A stretch of DNA of 64,000 bases from positions 45,446,001 through 45,510,000 of the forward strand of contig JAGIQG010000016.1 in the NCBI GenBank assembly GCA_024679065.1. The letters are read 5' to 3'. The translations under genes were made by a program, and so were the position numbers. Of this stretch, positions 12,935-24,923 are shown in pieces. Under the pieces are notes generated by a model. It did not search any database. It was not told where the DNA came from and saw only the letters and a list, made by a program, of their open reading frames with translations. The DNA is from Sphyrna mokarran (lineage: Eukaryota). Each line of letters begins with the position of its first letter. Position 1 is the stretch's first letter.

Positions 12935-13293
12935 TTATTCATTTGTGGGGCATGGCTAGCATTTATTGCCCATTCCTAGTTGCCCTTGAACTAAGTAACT
13001 TGCTAAGCCATTTGAGTGTTAACTACATTGCTGTAGTTCTGGAGTCAGATGTAGGCCAGACCAGGTAAGCATGACAGATTTCCCTCCCAAAAGGACATTA
13101 GTGAACAAGATAGATTTTTCTGACAATCGACAATGGTTTCATGATCATCACTAGATTCTTAATTCCAGATTTTTCTTTTTTAATTTCAAATTCCACCATT
13201 TGATGTGGTGGGGTTCGAACACGGTTCCCTAGAGTATTAGTTTAATTTCTGGATTAATAGTCTGGCAACAATACCATGAGACCATCGCCTCCC
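12935..13293 (-). mobile_element. tRNA-derived SINE, second family (MetaSINE/SlmI-like core)
   Basis: Reverse complement has gggaggcgatggtctcatggtattg head, gttcgaa B-box and core gttcactaatgtccttttgggagggaaatctgtc...ctggcctacatctgactccaga. Confidence 0.75.
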
Positions 13294-13317
13294 TACGAGG
13301 TTCAAATTGAAGACTAT

Positions 13318-13437
13318 GGGTGGGATTTTACAGTCTTACTCAAGCAAGACCGGAAATTCCTGCCTGAGATCAACGCACATTTCGTTGACTGAACCTCATC
13401 TGCTCTGATTTCGTGGCAGCTAGGCAGTACAATTCTG
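13318..13437. mobile_element. Harbinger-like MITE
   Basis: gggtgggattttac start; caagaccggaaa...gatcaac body shared with 50006-50136. Confidence 0.5.
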
Positions 13438-15993
13438 ATGTACAAGAAGAAAGAGGGATCTTTTTGAGATTTTAACACTTTGCCCAAATTATTCCAGACA
13501 GGCATGGTAAAAATAACTGTTTGAATATAGATTCAATGTATTGAAATTAATATATGAAGCGACCTCTTGAGCTTAAGCAGCTTCAAATACTGTGATCTCA
13601 AGTTATTTCCTATTATAATCATAATACAAAGAAAGTTATACAATTTTCCCATTGAGCAAAAAAATCTATATTTTTAAATGTATTATTTTAGCAAGGAACC
13701 GTTACACATTTTGGAATTACAAAACAACCTGCTTAAAGCTTTTCAATCAAGAAACAGTGACTTACTTTGTTGTTGTCTACAGTATGCTATTGTCACTGTA
13801 CTGCCTGTGATCTAGATATTTTCTGGTCTGGATTGTGCTCCACTATCACCAGCAAGTTCAATATCAATCAGGAATCAACGTTAAGTCACATCTCACTCCC
13901 AGATATCAGAATCATAAATAATTCACAACAGTACTGATTTGCATACTATAATTAAACCAAACTCACCAATAAAACAACATAATGAGTAAACCTATTTGTA
14001 ACTAGTATCATGATGATGGAGGAAAAGTCGTAAATTATGTACAGATGTACTGAATTTTTAAATAAGACCTGTGGTTTTAGAAATGGACACGGAAACAAAG
14101 ATTGCTGAGGTTGTAAAGTCAGTCACTAGCTGAATTGCTGGTGGGTGATAGTAATAGAGAGACAATGGCATCATACCTTGTTTCCCGACAAGGATACAAC
14201 AAAATCACAAAAACCATATAAGTAATAACTGCCATCCCTTATGGAGTTAATGGGAGCTGATTTATCTTCTCAGCAGGAATTATATCTGTTAGCAACATTT
14301 ATGGACTTTCACCTTCCAGGATATATAAAGACTTGGATAAAAACTGCAAAACTTGGTCAGTGTCAACTAGTGCTATGTGTGTCAGCATGTGACACGGGAA
14401 GACAGCAATCTCTTGGATTGTTGAAGCAAGCCAAGTCAACAAAGCCACAGCTAAAATGTAAATAGGGCAGTTTCTGAGCCAACTGCAGAATGCGTGAATC
14501 TCAAATCTGACTATTCACCTGCTGTAGCCTACATTACTGGAATCATGAATCACAATGGCCGCAACGTTTCACTATCTACTCCTCATAGACAAAGACTGAT
14601 TTGTATTTTTATTTAAACTTCCATTTTTACTAAATTTACAATCCTCATTTCCAATCAATGTGAATGTATATGCACGTGGTTAATCATTTTCCTCACAGTT
14701 AGTAGCTAATAAGCCCACACTTTAACACAAAATTCCTGATTAAATTGGTTCCTATTCAAACATAAAAAACAGAAAGGATCTTTTTTAAAGTAATCTTGTT
14801 GCAAACATCTGAAGGGGAATTAGTTAAAAGAAAAAGGGTCCATTCATCCCTCCTCACCTGGGTTAACAAATTTGGGGAGCTTCATCTGATTGTTATATCT
14901 GTGTTATGAGTATTACAATGTAATTATTCCAGTCTTGTTTATTTGTGGCTTCATTACGTGAAGCTAAATTTCCTTTGTTTTGTTAGTTATACTTTTTACA
15001 TTGTTGAATTTTGACAGAATTTAGCATTTCCCAAATGATATCCTGCTATCACTAACCCTTTTAGACACAACAGCTGCATATTTACAATGAACCACACAGA
15101 GTGTCTTGCATGTTGTCTTGTAACATTGTTAATCGTAACAGCTTCCCACAGATCTTCTCCTGTTGCTGTTAAGTAATTGAGATGTAAAAAATGATGAGGA
15201 AAGATTATTAATTAAGGAACGTACCAGTGAGCAGAGGAATTATTAGGCTTTCCTAACACTATAGTTAACATCCATCACATATTTAAACCCAGTCACTAAT
15301 TATGGCTATCACTCAAATCTTACTTTCTTTAATAAACAATTTTCTCCACTTCATTGTGCTGTATTTTGTAAATCAAAAATACACAAATTGAAGTGCAAAA
15401 CTATAGACATAAATATGCATATTAAACAATAAAAATTCTTCTCTATATCATTATTGTTTTGAAATGAAAGGTTATTTGGGGCGGTTTAAATCACTAATGG
15501 TTTCCATCAACATTATAAAAAAGTGAAATCTCTAAAACACAATATATATAAAATCCTGTCTGAGCACAGATTATTAAAATCCGAGTGTTAAGCTGTGGTG
15601 TCTCAGTGTGTACAAGTGATCCTAAACAGTCAACCAAATGCTGGAAGTGTGCCAAAGGCTGAAACAGGAACCTGCTGTTCACTTCCATTAGTAATTGAAG
15701 AATGGTACAGATGGATATTGTAGCAGTATAATGCAGTATAAGGAACAAAAGTATGTGCTATAGGGCACTACAACAAAACCACAGCATGGCAAGGTCAGCA
15801 GTGACAAGTCTTTTAAGGTCTTAAACCAGCAATGCATCTACTCATTATCAAAGCAATTTCATATTGTAAGATAAAAGTGGATAATCTGAAATAAAAACCA
15901 AAAGTGCTAGAAGCACTCCCCACGTTAGGCAGCAGCAGTTACACAGAAAGAAACCTCTGACAAGACCTGGAAAATGCTGAGCTTATTGGACAA

Positions 15994-16355
15994 GGAAGCA
16001 GTAGCATAATGGTATTTTTACTGGACCTAGTAATCCATAGACCCAAGGAGATGCTGGGTTCAAATCCCACCAGGACAGATAGTGAGATCTGAGTTCAAGA
16101 AAAAACTGGAATTGAAAGTCTAATGATGACCATAGCAATCACAACAAACCATTCAGCTCCCTAATGTCCCTTTAGGGAAGGAAATCTACCATCCTTACCT
16201 CGTCTGACCTTTGTGTGACTCCAGATCCACAGTGATGTGGCTCACTCAAATGCTCATGAAACGGGCCCAGCAATTCAGGTCAAGGACAATTAGGGAGGGG
16301 TAATAAATGCTTGCCCAGCTAACGACACACAAATCATCCAGAACAACCTTTTTTT
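15994..16355 (+). mobile_element. tRNA-derived SINE, second family (MetaSINE-like)
   Basis: gggttcaaatccc B-box; ctaatgtccctttagggaaggaaatctaccatccttacc...gtgactccagatccacag core. Confidence 0.75.
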
Positions 16356-16531
16356 TAAGAATGTTAGCTTGCTGATACTGTCTGTTTCTAAATGTTGTCG
16401 TGCGGCAGCATAATGTTTCCCTCACTTATCTGGCTAACTTCTTTCCTTTCTGTAGATGATTCATTACTATAGCCCACTAACCAAATCTTAAATCAAGCTG
16501 CAATTACTGCTCTTATTAGAGTAAGACACCT

Positions 16532-16667
16532 GGGCCGAATTTTCCAGCCATCCATGCCAGCGAGATTTTCCCATCCCATTGCAGTGAACAAAAATTTGGC
16601 TGGGCGCCAAATTCTCCGGCTTCGTTGCAGCGGGAGCAGGGCATGAACAGCAGGTAAGATTGCACCC
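16532..16667. mobile_element. Harbinger-like MITE with imperfect TIRs
   Basis: GGGCCGAATTTTCC ... GGTAAGATTGCACCC; internal palindrome aatttggc/gccaaatt. Confidence 0.6.
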
Positions 16668-16802
16668 CCAATGTTTTCCAAGTCAAGTCAACAATAATAG
16701 AAGTACACCTTTTTGCAAATGCAGGTATAATAAATTCAGGACTGATAGAATTGCAGATACCCCAGTTATCAATGGATCTATTTCACCTAAAATACTCCAA
16801 AA

Positions 16803-16993
16803 TGTGTGATTTGAATTTAGAGAGCTTTGCTTAACAGTACTTTTATTCACATAGCTAACTATATACAAGCTTACAGATTATCAGGACACAGCTACATCTC
16901 CTGTTAGATTCTTCTTACTCTTCTGCCTCTGAGTGACATCATTATGACACAACTATTTATGCACATGCTCAGTAGCCATTATTTAGAGTAACA
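16803..16993 (-). mobile_element. Possible solo LTR
   Basis: Minus strand starts TGTTA, contains AATAAA and ends ACA; about 190 bp; no clear TSD. Confidence 0.3.
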
Positions 16994-17745
16994 TTCAAGT
17001 TGGTTCTTTACTCTGCAGGGCTGTGTTAATAATTACAAGTTTACGTTCTGGAAGTCACACTCAGACTACACAAATGAGTAAAAAGACATATGGCATGAAA
17101 TATGAAGGGAAAACAGAACCTGATAAATAATACTTATCAAAACTAAAAGCCGGTATACTCTAACCCTGTCTCAACAACAAATACAGATGTACGTCTTCTA
17201 TAATCACTTGTGATTTTCTTTTCCATTTTTAATCTCACTAACAATTTTACATACTTTATTAAATACAAATCCTTTTTTGGTAAGGTATGTTGCAAAGTCA
17301 TAATCCAATTTTGTTGTTTAAAAAAACTTTAATCTGGGGAATCCTGCAATGAAATTTCTGTGACATTCTTATTGCATATTGTTAGAATAAAAATGTCAAA
17401 ATCAGTATTTAAACTTGATTTCTTTGAACATCCTCAGTAGGTCCTGAGGATCAAGATGAACAACCTTTAAGGGAGAGTGTGACCATGAAGAAAAAGAATT
17501 CAAACACTATTGTGCTACAGCTGTTATCTGTATCAAAACCTGAAATGAATGTGCAGAGTCCAAAATGATTTGAATTCCCAACCATTTTTAAAAACGGAAA
17601 TCCATAGTAAGCTGAAATAACATTACAGAGGAGTGCCGTTACAGCTTAGCCTCAGTGAGTCTTTAATAAAGAATGAGTGACTCAAGAAATACATTGTTGT
17701 TGAAGTCTGGATAACAATTATACTTTCTCAATATCACAAACTTAC

Positions 17746-17848
17746 CCCATTACGCTAAAGCAATAGCATGTGTGTAAATTCTACCATCCAGCACAATTCG
17801 TTCTATTAAGTCCAACTGTACACTGTACAAACAAACTTGAAATGTGCT
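17746..17848 (-). other. Candidate 103-nt exon (non-coding or poison)
   Basis: ctctgtttctgtctatttgtcag|AGCACA...TAATGGG|gtaagt; frame 1 is open until a stop 4 nt before the donor. Confidence 0.4.
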
Positions 17849-18418
17849 CTGACAAATAGACAGAAACAGAGTAGGAAAACACTGCAAAGTAATTAACACC
17901 TTTAATTTAACTGTTCCCTGTGGATAGCAAGTACACGGTGCAAAGATCATTTGCTAACTTTTTTGGGAAAAGATATTTATTTAAAATATCAGGGGATATT
18001 TTAATCTATTGACTGGAGTTTTGAAAGTTATGTTTCAAAATATAACCTGTGACATGTCATGCAAGGGACCAATGGTTATAAAATTGCGAGTGTAGAGACA
18101 GAGTCTATGGTTTACTAGTAAAAGTACAATATTCAGTTCCAGTCCCACTGGGAAAAAAAAGTGTTGGAATTTCAATAGTACAGCCTTAATAATGCAGCCA
18201 CCATCTTGAACTTAATTAAATCCATGAGGTAAAAAAATAATAAGGTATGGCATGATTATGACTTTGTAATCAGCGCTTACAAAGTCATAATTTAAATCTA
18301 CAAAACAATTGTAACACTGGTCTTGTTATCCAGCAATAAGTTAGGCAACATCAAGAAGAGAAGAATACTGTCGCCAAGCAGCATGATAAGCAAAGATAGT
18401 TGGGTTGTTTGCAAACTC

Positions 18419-18660
18419 GGATGTTAACTATTTGTGACACTATTCAGAGAAGAATAAGCAAGTTTGCCTCATGTTCTGGCCAATATTTATCCCCCAACCA
18501 AAATCATCAAAGCGGACGTTCTGGTTACTACTTCATTAACAGTTGTCGACTTTGCGATGTGCAAACTGGTTGCCAATACTATAATGACTGCACTTCCAAA
18601 AGTGGAAATGTTTTGCAATATCTTGTGGTCAAAAAAGAACATGCAAGTTTTTGCTTCCTT
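18419..18660 (+). mobile_element. DeuSINE (SacSINE1/AmnSINE1-like) fragment
   Basis: gttctggccaatatttatcccccaaccaaaatca...tgtgcaaactggttgcc...gactgcacttccaaaagt Deu-domain motifs. Confidence 0.7.
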
Positions 18661-18814
18661 TCTATTATTGGCATGGTCACTTCTATCTGCATTATTATAT
18701 GGATACAAGAGCAAGTTTAGTTCTGAGTTCCTGGAGTTTGAGTTCAGACCAGAAAGTAAGAGTTTATAGTAAGAGAATATCCAGTGCCTGCAGTGTGACT
18801 GAGAATCCAGAATC

Positions 18815-19100
18815 TCAGAAATAGGAGCACCCAGAGGAAACTGATGCAGACTTAGTGGGGAGGGGGGAGGGTGCAATCTCCACACAGATAGTTGGATGCT
18901 CTGGTTTCCTCCCAGAATCCAAAGATGTGCAGGTTAGATGAACTGGCCACGCTAACAAGTGCCAAAGTGTGGCGATTAGGGGATTTTCACAGTTACTTCA
19001 TTGCAGTGTTAAAGCAAGCCTTCTTGTGATTAATAAATAAACTTTTACCCAAGCTGGTGCTGTGAGGTAGCAGCGCTAACTACTGTACTACCGTGCTACC
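18815..19100 (-). mobile_element. V-SINE (minus) interrupted by a plus-strand tail-B V-SINE fragment (18893-19045)
   Basis: ccacacagatagt|...|acccaagctgg rejoins the consensus ccacacagacagtgacccaagctgg; the insert ends aataaataaactttt. Confidence 0.75.
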
Positions 19101-19619
19101 TGAGTTTGTAAATGTACAAGTGTTTATATTTCCTAATGGCTGCACGATATGAAAGTTACAGGACAGAAACAGGCCATCTGACCACTGCACCTAGGCTGTA
19201 TTTATATTCCACACAAGCCTCCTCCCACCTTTAGTGATCGCATTATCAGAGTAACTTTCAGCATCTTTCTTCCTTGAGGAATGACAAAATGGAAAGATAA
19301 GGTGACAAGAGACTTAAATATAGTGGGATTGGAAGAAAAATGGTTGACTTACATGAAAGCAATCAAGTAATATTGTGGCAACACTAAATAAAAAGTGAGG
19401 TATATATATTATTTCAAAATTCCAATATGGATGGATCAAACATCATTCAAGGCACAAAGATTTTGTCCTTTATATCTTAATTGAAAACAACCTGTATTTG
19501 TATGGTTCTCATAATGTGAAAAATGCACAATTATTACAAAAACAGGAAATGGCATGAATCACCATAATAATGTTCCAGAACTTAAGCATGCACTCCAAAC
19601 AGAGACTCTTGTGCAACAC

Positions 19620-20480
19620 TAGATGAGGCATTAAATCCTTTCAGGGTGGATGTTAACTATTTTGAGACATTACTTGGGGAAAATTAAGGGAGTTTGCCTC
19701 ATGTTCCGGCCAATGTTTATCCCTCAAACACTATCACTGAAACGGATGTTCTTGTTATGATCACATTACAGGTTGTGTGATTTTGCGATGTGCAAATTGC
19801 TTACCAACACCATAAAAATGCAAATCCAAAAGTATAGAGTGACTGGAAAGTGTTTGGGTTATCTTGCAGTCACACAAAAAAAAATGAACATTTGTGTTTC
19901 CTTTTAATGATTGACTTCTTTTTATTTGCTTAAATGAGTATCAGCTGTGGTTTAATTTGCCCAAACTATCAGCACCGAGTCATAAGGTTGGGTTCAAGAC
20001 TGACTACCGGGCTTGAATACAAAAATCAAGGCTGAAAACGGAATGCAGAATGTAATGACCTCAATAAGGCCCATGATGTTAGCCTCTTGGAGTATAAGCT
20101 CCTTGATTGAGGTCTTAATTGTCTGCCTAACCAGAGAAGCTCATCTGTATTTAAAAATGGGAGTGTCAGATCTTCTAGCGCTCCACATTCTGATTGTGTA
20201 CCAGAAGCACTTGTGAGTGGAATCAAGTTTGTAAACAAAGGGAATCTGGTGAAGGGACACTGGCTTCTAAGGAGTTATTTCACAGAACTGAGGGAACATA
20301 GCAGTTTTGGAGGTCACATCTTCTGAATGAGACAATCAGCTGGAGACTCGTATACCTCCTTAACTAGATGCAAAAGATCAAAGCGCTATTTTGAAGAAAA
20401 GAGGAATTATTCTGTATGTATGACTACACTTCAAAAAGTAATTTGTCAAATGAGATTCTTGATGGCCATTCTCAGACATC
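19620..20480 (+). mobile_element. Cluster of DeuSINE fragments
   Basis: 19648-19903 Deu domain (gttccggccaatgtttatccctcaa); 19940-20035 head (tcagctgtgg...gggttcaag); 20380-20470 (ctattttgaagaa, gactacacttcaaaaagta). Confidence 0.6.
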
Positions 20481-20959
20481 TTAAATTACCATATCAGATG
20501 GATGTTACCACTCTATTACTGTGCTGATTTGCCGTTGATTTCTGAGACATCATTGGTAATAAAATGTTCATATAAAATGAGTCAAGGTTGCATTTTTTGT
20601 CCGTTAGTGATGTCAATAGTTTCATTTTCCTTATGTTTGAGCAAGATCAGACCACATTGCATTGTCCTTTGTGATTTTTCATCCAAAGGGCAAGCAAAAT
20701 TCATGATTTATTACAAACATAACAGTTCCAAAAAAGTATTTTAAATATGTTTATTTTCCAATTGAAATCAGCAATATTTGTGGTGCAGTGAGTCACACCC
20801 CGGCCTCTCCTTCTGCAATCTGGGTTCAAGTCTGACTGGTGGTCTATTAATTTGCATATATAACATGGCCAAACAGGCTTAATTTTAGCCAGCCAATCCT
20901 TCCAATACCCAGCACTGTCAGGCAATAAAAGTGGGAGAAATTCCTGGTCAGCTATGTGT

Positions 20960-21256
20960 TAGAATCATACCTGGGATCACTACAGTGCAGAAGGAGGCCA
21001 TTTAGCCCATCGAGTCTGCACCGGCAACTAATCATCCAGGCCTTATTCCTGTAACCCCAAGTATTTACCCTGCTGGTTCTCCTGACAATCTGCCTAACCA
21101 GCACGTCTTTTGGACTGTGGGAGAAAACCGGAGCACCTGGAGGAAACCCTGCAGACATGAGGAGAATGTGCAGACTCCACACAGTTAAACAGCTGAAACT
21201 AGAATTGAACCTGGGTCCCTGGCACAGTGAGGAAGTGGATAACCACTGTGCCATCC
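20960..21256 (-). mobile_element. HE1-like V-SINE
   Basis: ctacagtgcagaaggaggccatttagcccatcgagtctgcacc tail through aaccactgtgcc head. Confidence 0.9.
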
Positions 21257-21916
21257 TTAGGGAAAAAGAGGGAAAGAATATTGTCCCTCTAATATTACTA
21301 TCAACATCTACAGACAAAAATATGCACGTGAAGGTGCATGTTGCCACAGCAAGCCCTAGACAAACCGTAAAACACCAATAAACTTTGTTTTTCAAAAAAA
21401 GTTCTGAATTTTCTCTCAGCTTTTGTTTGTTTTTTTTAGGGCATCCGAACATGGTCATTATAGCAAAGGAAAGCACCAAACCCAGCTGATGCTAGGTACA
21501 AAATTGAGTATGTGGTCCTGGTAACCTTACCCTCTCTCCAACAATGTTCATTTACTGAAACACTGTGTTACAGGGAGAAAAATACAAGTGATGCTCAAAT
21601 TAGTCCAGAGGGGATTCTATTACGCATGAAAGAATTAATAATTTATTAATACAGAAATATATAATGTAAATGTAATGTAAATATGGTGCATGTAACATCA
21701 AAATGGACGCACTGTTATATTCAACACTTTGTGTAGGAAAAGCACTTTTCTGTCTCTACTCATTAGGAATAAGTCAATCACACTTGCATTTCTATGAAAA
21801 GCTGTGAAAAAGCGAGAATAATCTCCATTAATTTGATTTCAGTGACATATGCATTAGAAGTATGTAAAGGCAATGGAAAAAGATGTACGAAATAGGAGGA
21901 GTTAAAGTTAAGAGAG

Positions 21917-23700
21917 AATCATAGAACCATTACAGTGCAGAACGAACCATTTGGCCCTTCGAGTCTGCACTGACTACGATCCACCCAGATCTGTAACCCC
22001 ACATACTTACCCTGTTAATCCCGCGGCACTAATAGAACATAGAACATTACAGCACAGAACAGGCCCTTCGGCCTTCGATGTTGCGCCGACCAATATAAAA
22101 AGCAATGCCCCTCCAAACTAAACCATTCCCTTCTCTTCCATATACTTATCAACTAACCTCTTAAACGCCACCAAACTTGGCGCATCTACAACTGCTGCAG
22201 GCAGGGCATTCCACTCCCGAACCACCCTTTGGGTAAAGAACCTACCTCTGATATCCGTCCTATAACTATCCCCCCTTAATTTAAAGCTGTGTCCCCTCGT
22301 GCTAGCTTTCTCCATCCTAGGAAAAAGGCTATCACTGTCCACCCTATCTAAACCTCTAATCATCTTATATGTTTCGATTAGGTCCCCTCTTAGCCGCCTC
22401 CTTTCTAACGAAAACAACCTCAAATCCCTCAGCCTCTCTTCATAAGACCTGCCCTCCATACCAGGCAACATCCTGGTAAACCTCCTCTGTACCCTCTCCA
22501 ATGCCTCCACATCTTTCTTATAATGCGGGGACCAGAACTGCACACAATACTCCAAGTGCGGCCGCACTAGAGTTTTGTACAGTTGCAACATGACGTTGCG
22601 GCTCCGAAATTCAATCCCCCTACCAATAAAAGCTAAGACTCCATATGCCTTCTTAACAACCTTCTCAACTTGACTGCCTACTTTCAGGGATCTATACACA
22701 TACACACCGAGATCCCTCTGTTCATCAACACTACTAAGAATCCTACCATTAGCCCTATACTCTACACATTTATTATTCCTGCCATAGTGCATTACCTCAC
22801 ACTTTTCCACATTTGCCACCATTTGCCACCTCTCGGCCCAGCTCTGCAACTTGTCCAAGTCTCTCTGCAAACTATAACACCCCTCTTCACTATCTACCAC
22901 TTCACCAACTTTAGTGTCATCTGAAAATTTACTAATCCATCCTTCAATACCTTCATCCAGATCATTTATAAAAATTACAAACAGCAGGGGCCCCAAAACA
23001 GACCCCTGAGGTACACCACTTGTCACCGAACTCCACGATGAATATCTCCCATCAACCACCACCCTCTGTCTTCTAACTGCTAGCCAATTCCTAACACAAT
23101 TAGCTAAATCACCCTCTATCCCATACATCTGCATTTTCTGCAGAAGTCTTCCATGGGCCACCTTATCAAACGCCTTACTAAAGTCCATATATACCACATC
23201 AACCGCCTTACCCCCATCCACCTCTTTGGTCACTTTTTCAAAAAACTCAATGAGGTTAGTAAGGCACGACCTACCCTTCACAAAACCATGCTGACTATCC
23301 CCAATCAATTCATTTCTCTCTAAATAACTATAAATCCTATCCCTAATAATTCTCTCCAATACTTTGCCCACAACAGAAGTAAGACTCATGGCCTATAATT
23401 CCCTGGAAGGTCTCTCTTCCCCTTCTTGAACAATGGGACCACATTCGCTATCCTCCAGTCCTCCGGAACCACACCCGTAACCAACGACGACCTGAAGATC
23501 AGAGCCAGAGGCTCTCTGAATGGACAATTTACATGGACAACCAACTTAACCTGCACGTTGTTGGACTGTGCAAGGAAACTGCAGCACCCAGAGGAAACCC
23601 ACGCAGATACCGGAATGATGTGTAAACTCCACACAGCTCAGACCAGAATTGAACTCAGTTCCCTGGTGCTGAGAGGCAGCAGTGCTAACCTCTGTGCCAG
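21917..23700 (-). mobile_element. HE1-like V-SINE split by CR1 copy B
   Basis: 3' half 21917-22033 and 5' half 23519-23700 rejoin as cactaatggacaattt. Confidence 0.85.
22034..23518 (-). mobile_element. Young 5'-truncated CR1 LINE (copy B) with a 423-codon open RT/C-terminal frame
   Basis: ORF 22118-23389 ([34 protein letters not shown]); nearly identical to copy A; aat flanks both ends. Confidence 0.97.
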
Positions 23701-23859
23701 CAGTAAACATAGTAATTTTTTTCACTTATGCTCACAATGGTCAAGAGTCATCAGGATTATGATACTATGAACAGTAATAAGATTGTCTCCATTCATCAGT
23801 GATATTGTCACAGAAAGCAAACATTCAAGTAGTTACTAAAATAATTAAATAGAGATCAC

Positions 23860-24147
23860 TGTTTAAAAATAAGGGGTCTCTCATTTAAGATGGGGAAGAG
23901 AAGGACTTTTTTCTCAGAGGGCTGAAAGGCTCTGGAACTCTGTTCCTCAGAAGTCAGTGGAAGCAGATCCTTTGGATATTTTTAAGGCAGATGAATTCCT
24001 GTTTCACAAGAGTATGAAAGGTTATTGGCATTGGCAGGAATGTGGGGTCAAGGTTACAATCAGATCAGCCATGATCTTATTGAATGGTGGAGTGGGAGTG
24101 GGATGCCAAGTGGTCTACTCCTGCGCCTAATTCATATGTTCACATGT
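23860..24147 (+). mobile_element. Old CR1 3' fragment
   Basis: tttttctcagagggctg...tggaactct, gatcagccatgatcttattgaatggtggag 3' UTR. Confidence 0.8.
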
Positions 24148-24923
24148 TTCTACACACATTTGTGTATTCTTACATATGTTTGGTTATTCTTAAACTGCAG
24201 AATTCTAGCATAAACTGTCACTGAAACAAAACTCCCAACTTCTTTTTGAATGAAATGATGTTTGAAAAAAACAAGTATTAACAGGCAAAAGAGTGGATTT
24301 TGCATAAATGATTCATGTGATATAAAAACACCAACAAAAAATTGATGGACCCTAGCTGTCTCTACCTTGTATAATTGAGAGCTCGTGTTCATCAGCAACA
24401 GTTCAAATCAAACTGATGAAAGCAGTCAAGGGTTTCATTGCAATCAATTTCTCTCTAGTTCAGGACTAAAACTACCAACCAATAATCTGTGAGAATACAA
24501 CACTGCTAACAAATAAATTATGTGGGAAAATTTGTACTGCTGCAGTTTGCAATTACCAGTGTAAATTGAATAGAATATGGATGTGTGTTTAGATTCATTT
24601 TGACGGTGGCAATCCCAAAATATATGCTATTGTAAAACTGTTCCTGGAATTTCAACAATCAATTGCAAATCACTGCGGGGAGGCAATAGCCTAGTGGTAT
24701 CATCGCTAGACTATTAATCCAGAAATTCAGCTAATGTTCTGGGAACCCGGATTGAAATCCTGCCATGGCAGGCGGTGGAATTTGAATTCAATTAAAAAAA
24801 TCTGAAATTAAGAATCTACTGATGACCATGAAACCATTGTTGATTGTCGGAAAAACCCAACTGGTTCACTAATATCCTTTAGAAAAGGAAATCTGCTGTC
24901 ATTACCTCTTCTGGTCCACATGT

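Noticed and set aside
13766-13830. Minus-strand donor AAA|gtaagt
   Set aside because: There is no pyrimidine-rich acceptor and all frames contain stops.
18400-18885. Three overlapping 100-130 aa ORFs
   Set aside because: They lie over DeuSINE and V-SINE relics, with no splice or domain support.
20952-21479. 175-aa ORF with TM-like stretches
   Set aside because: It reads through a V-SINE; the same SINE-derived peptides (SAWVSSG, GFPPGAPVSSH) recur in many ORFs of the track.
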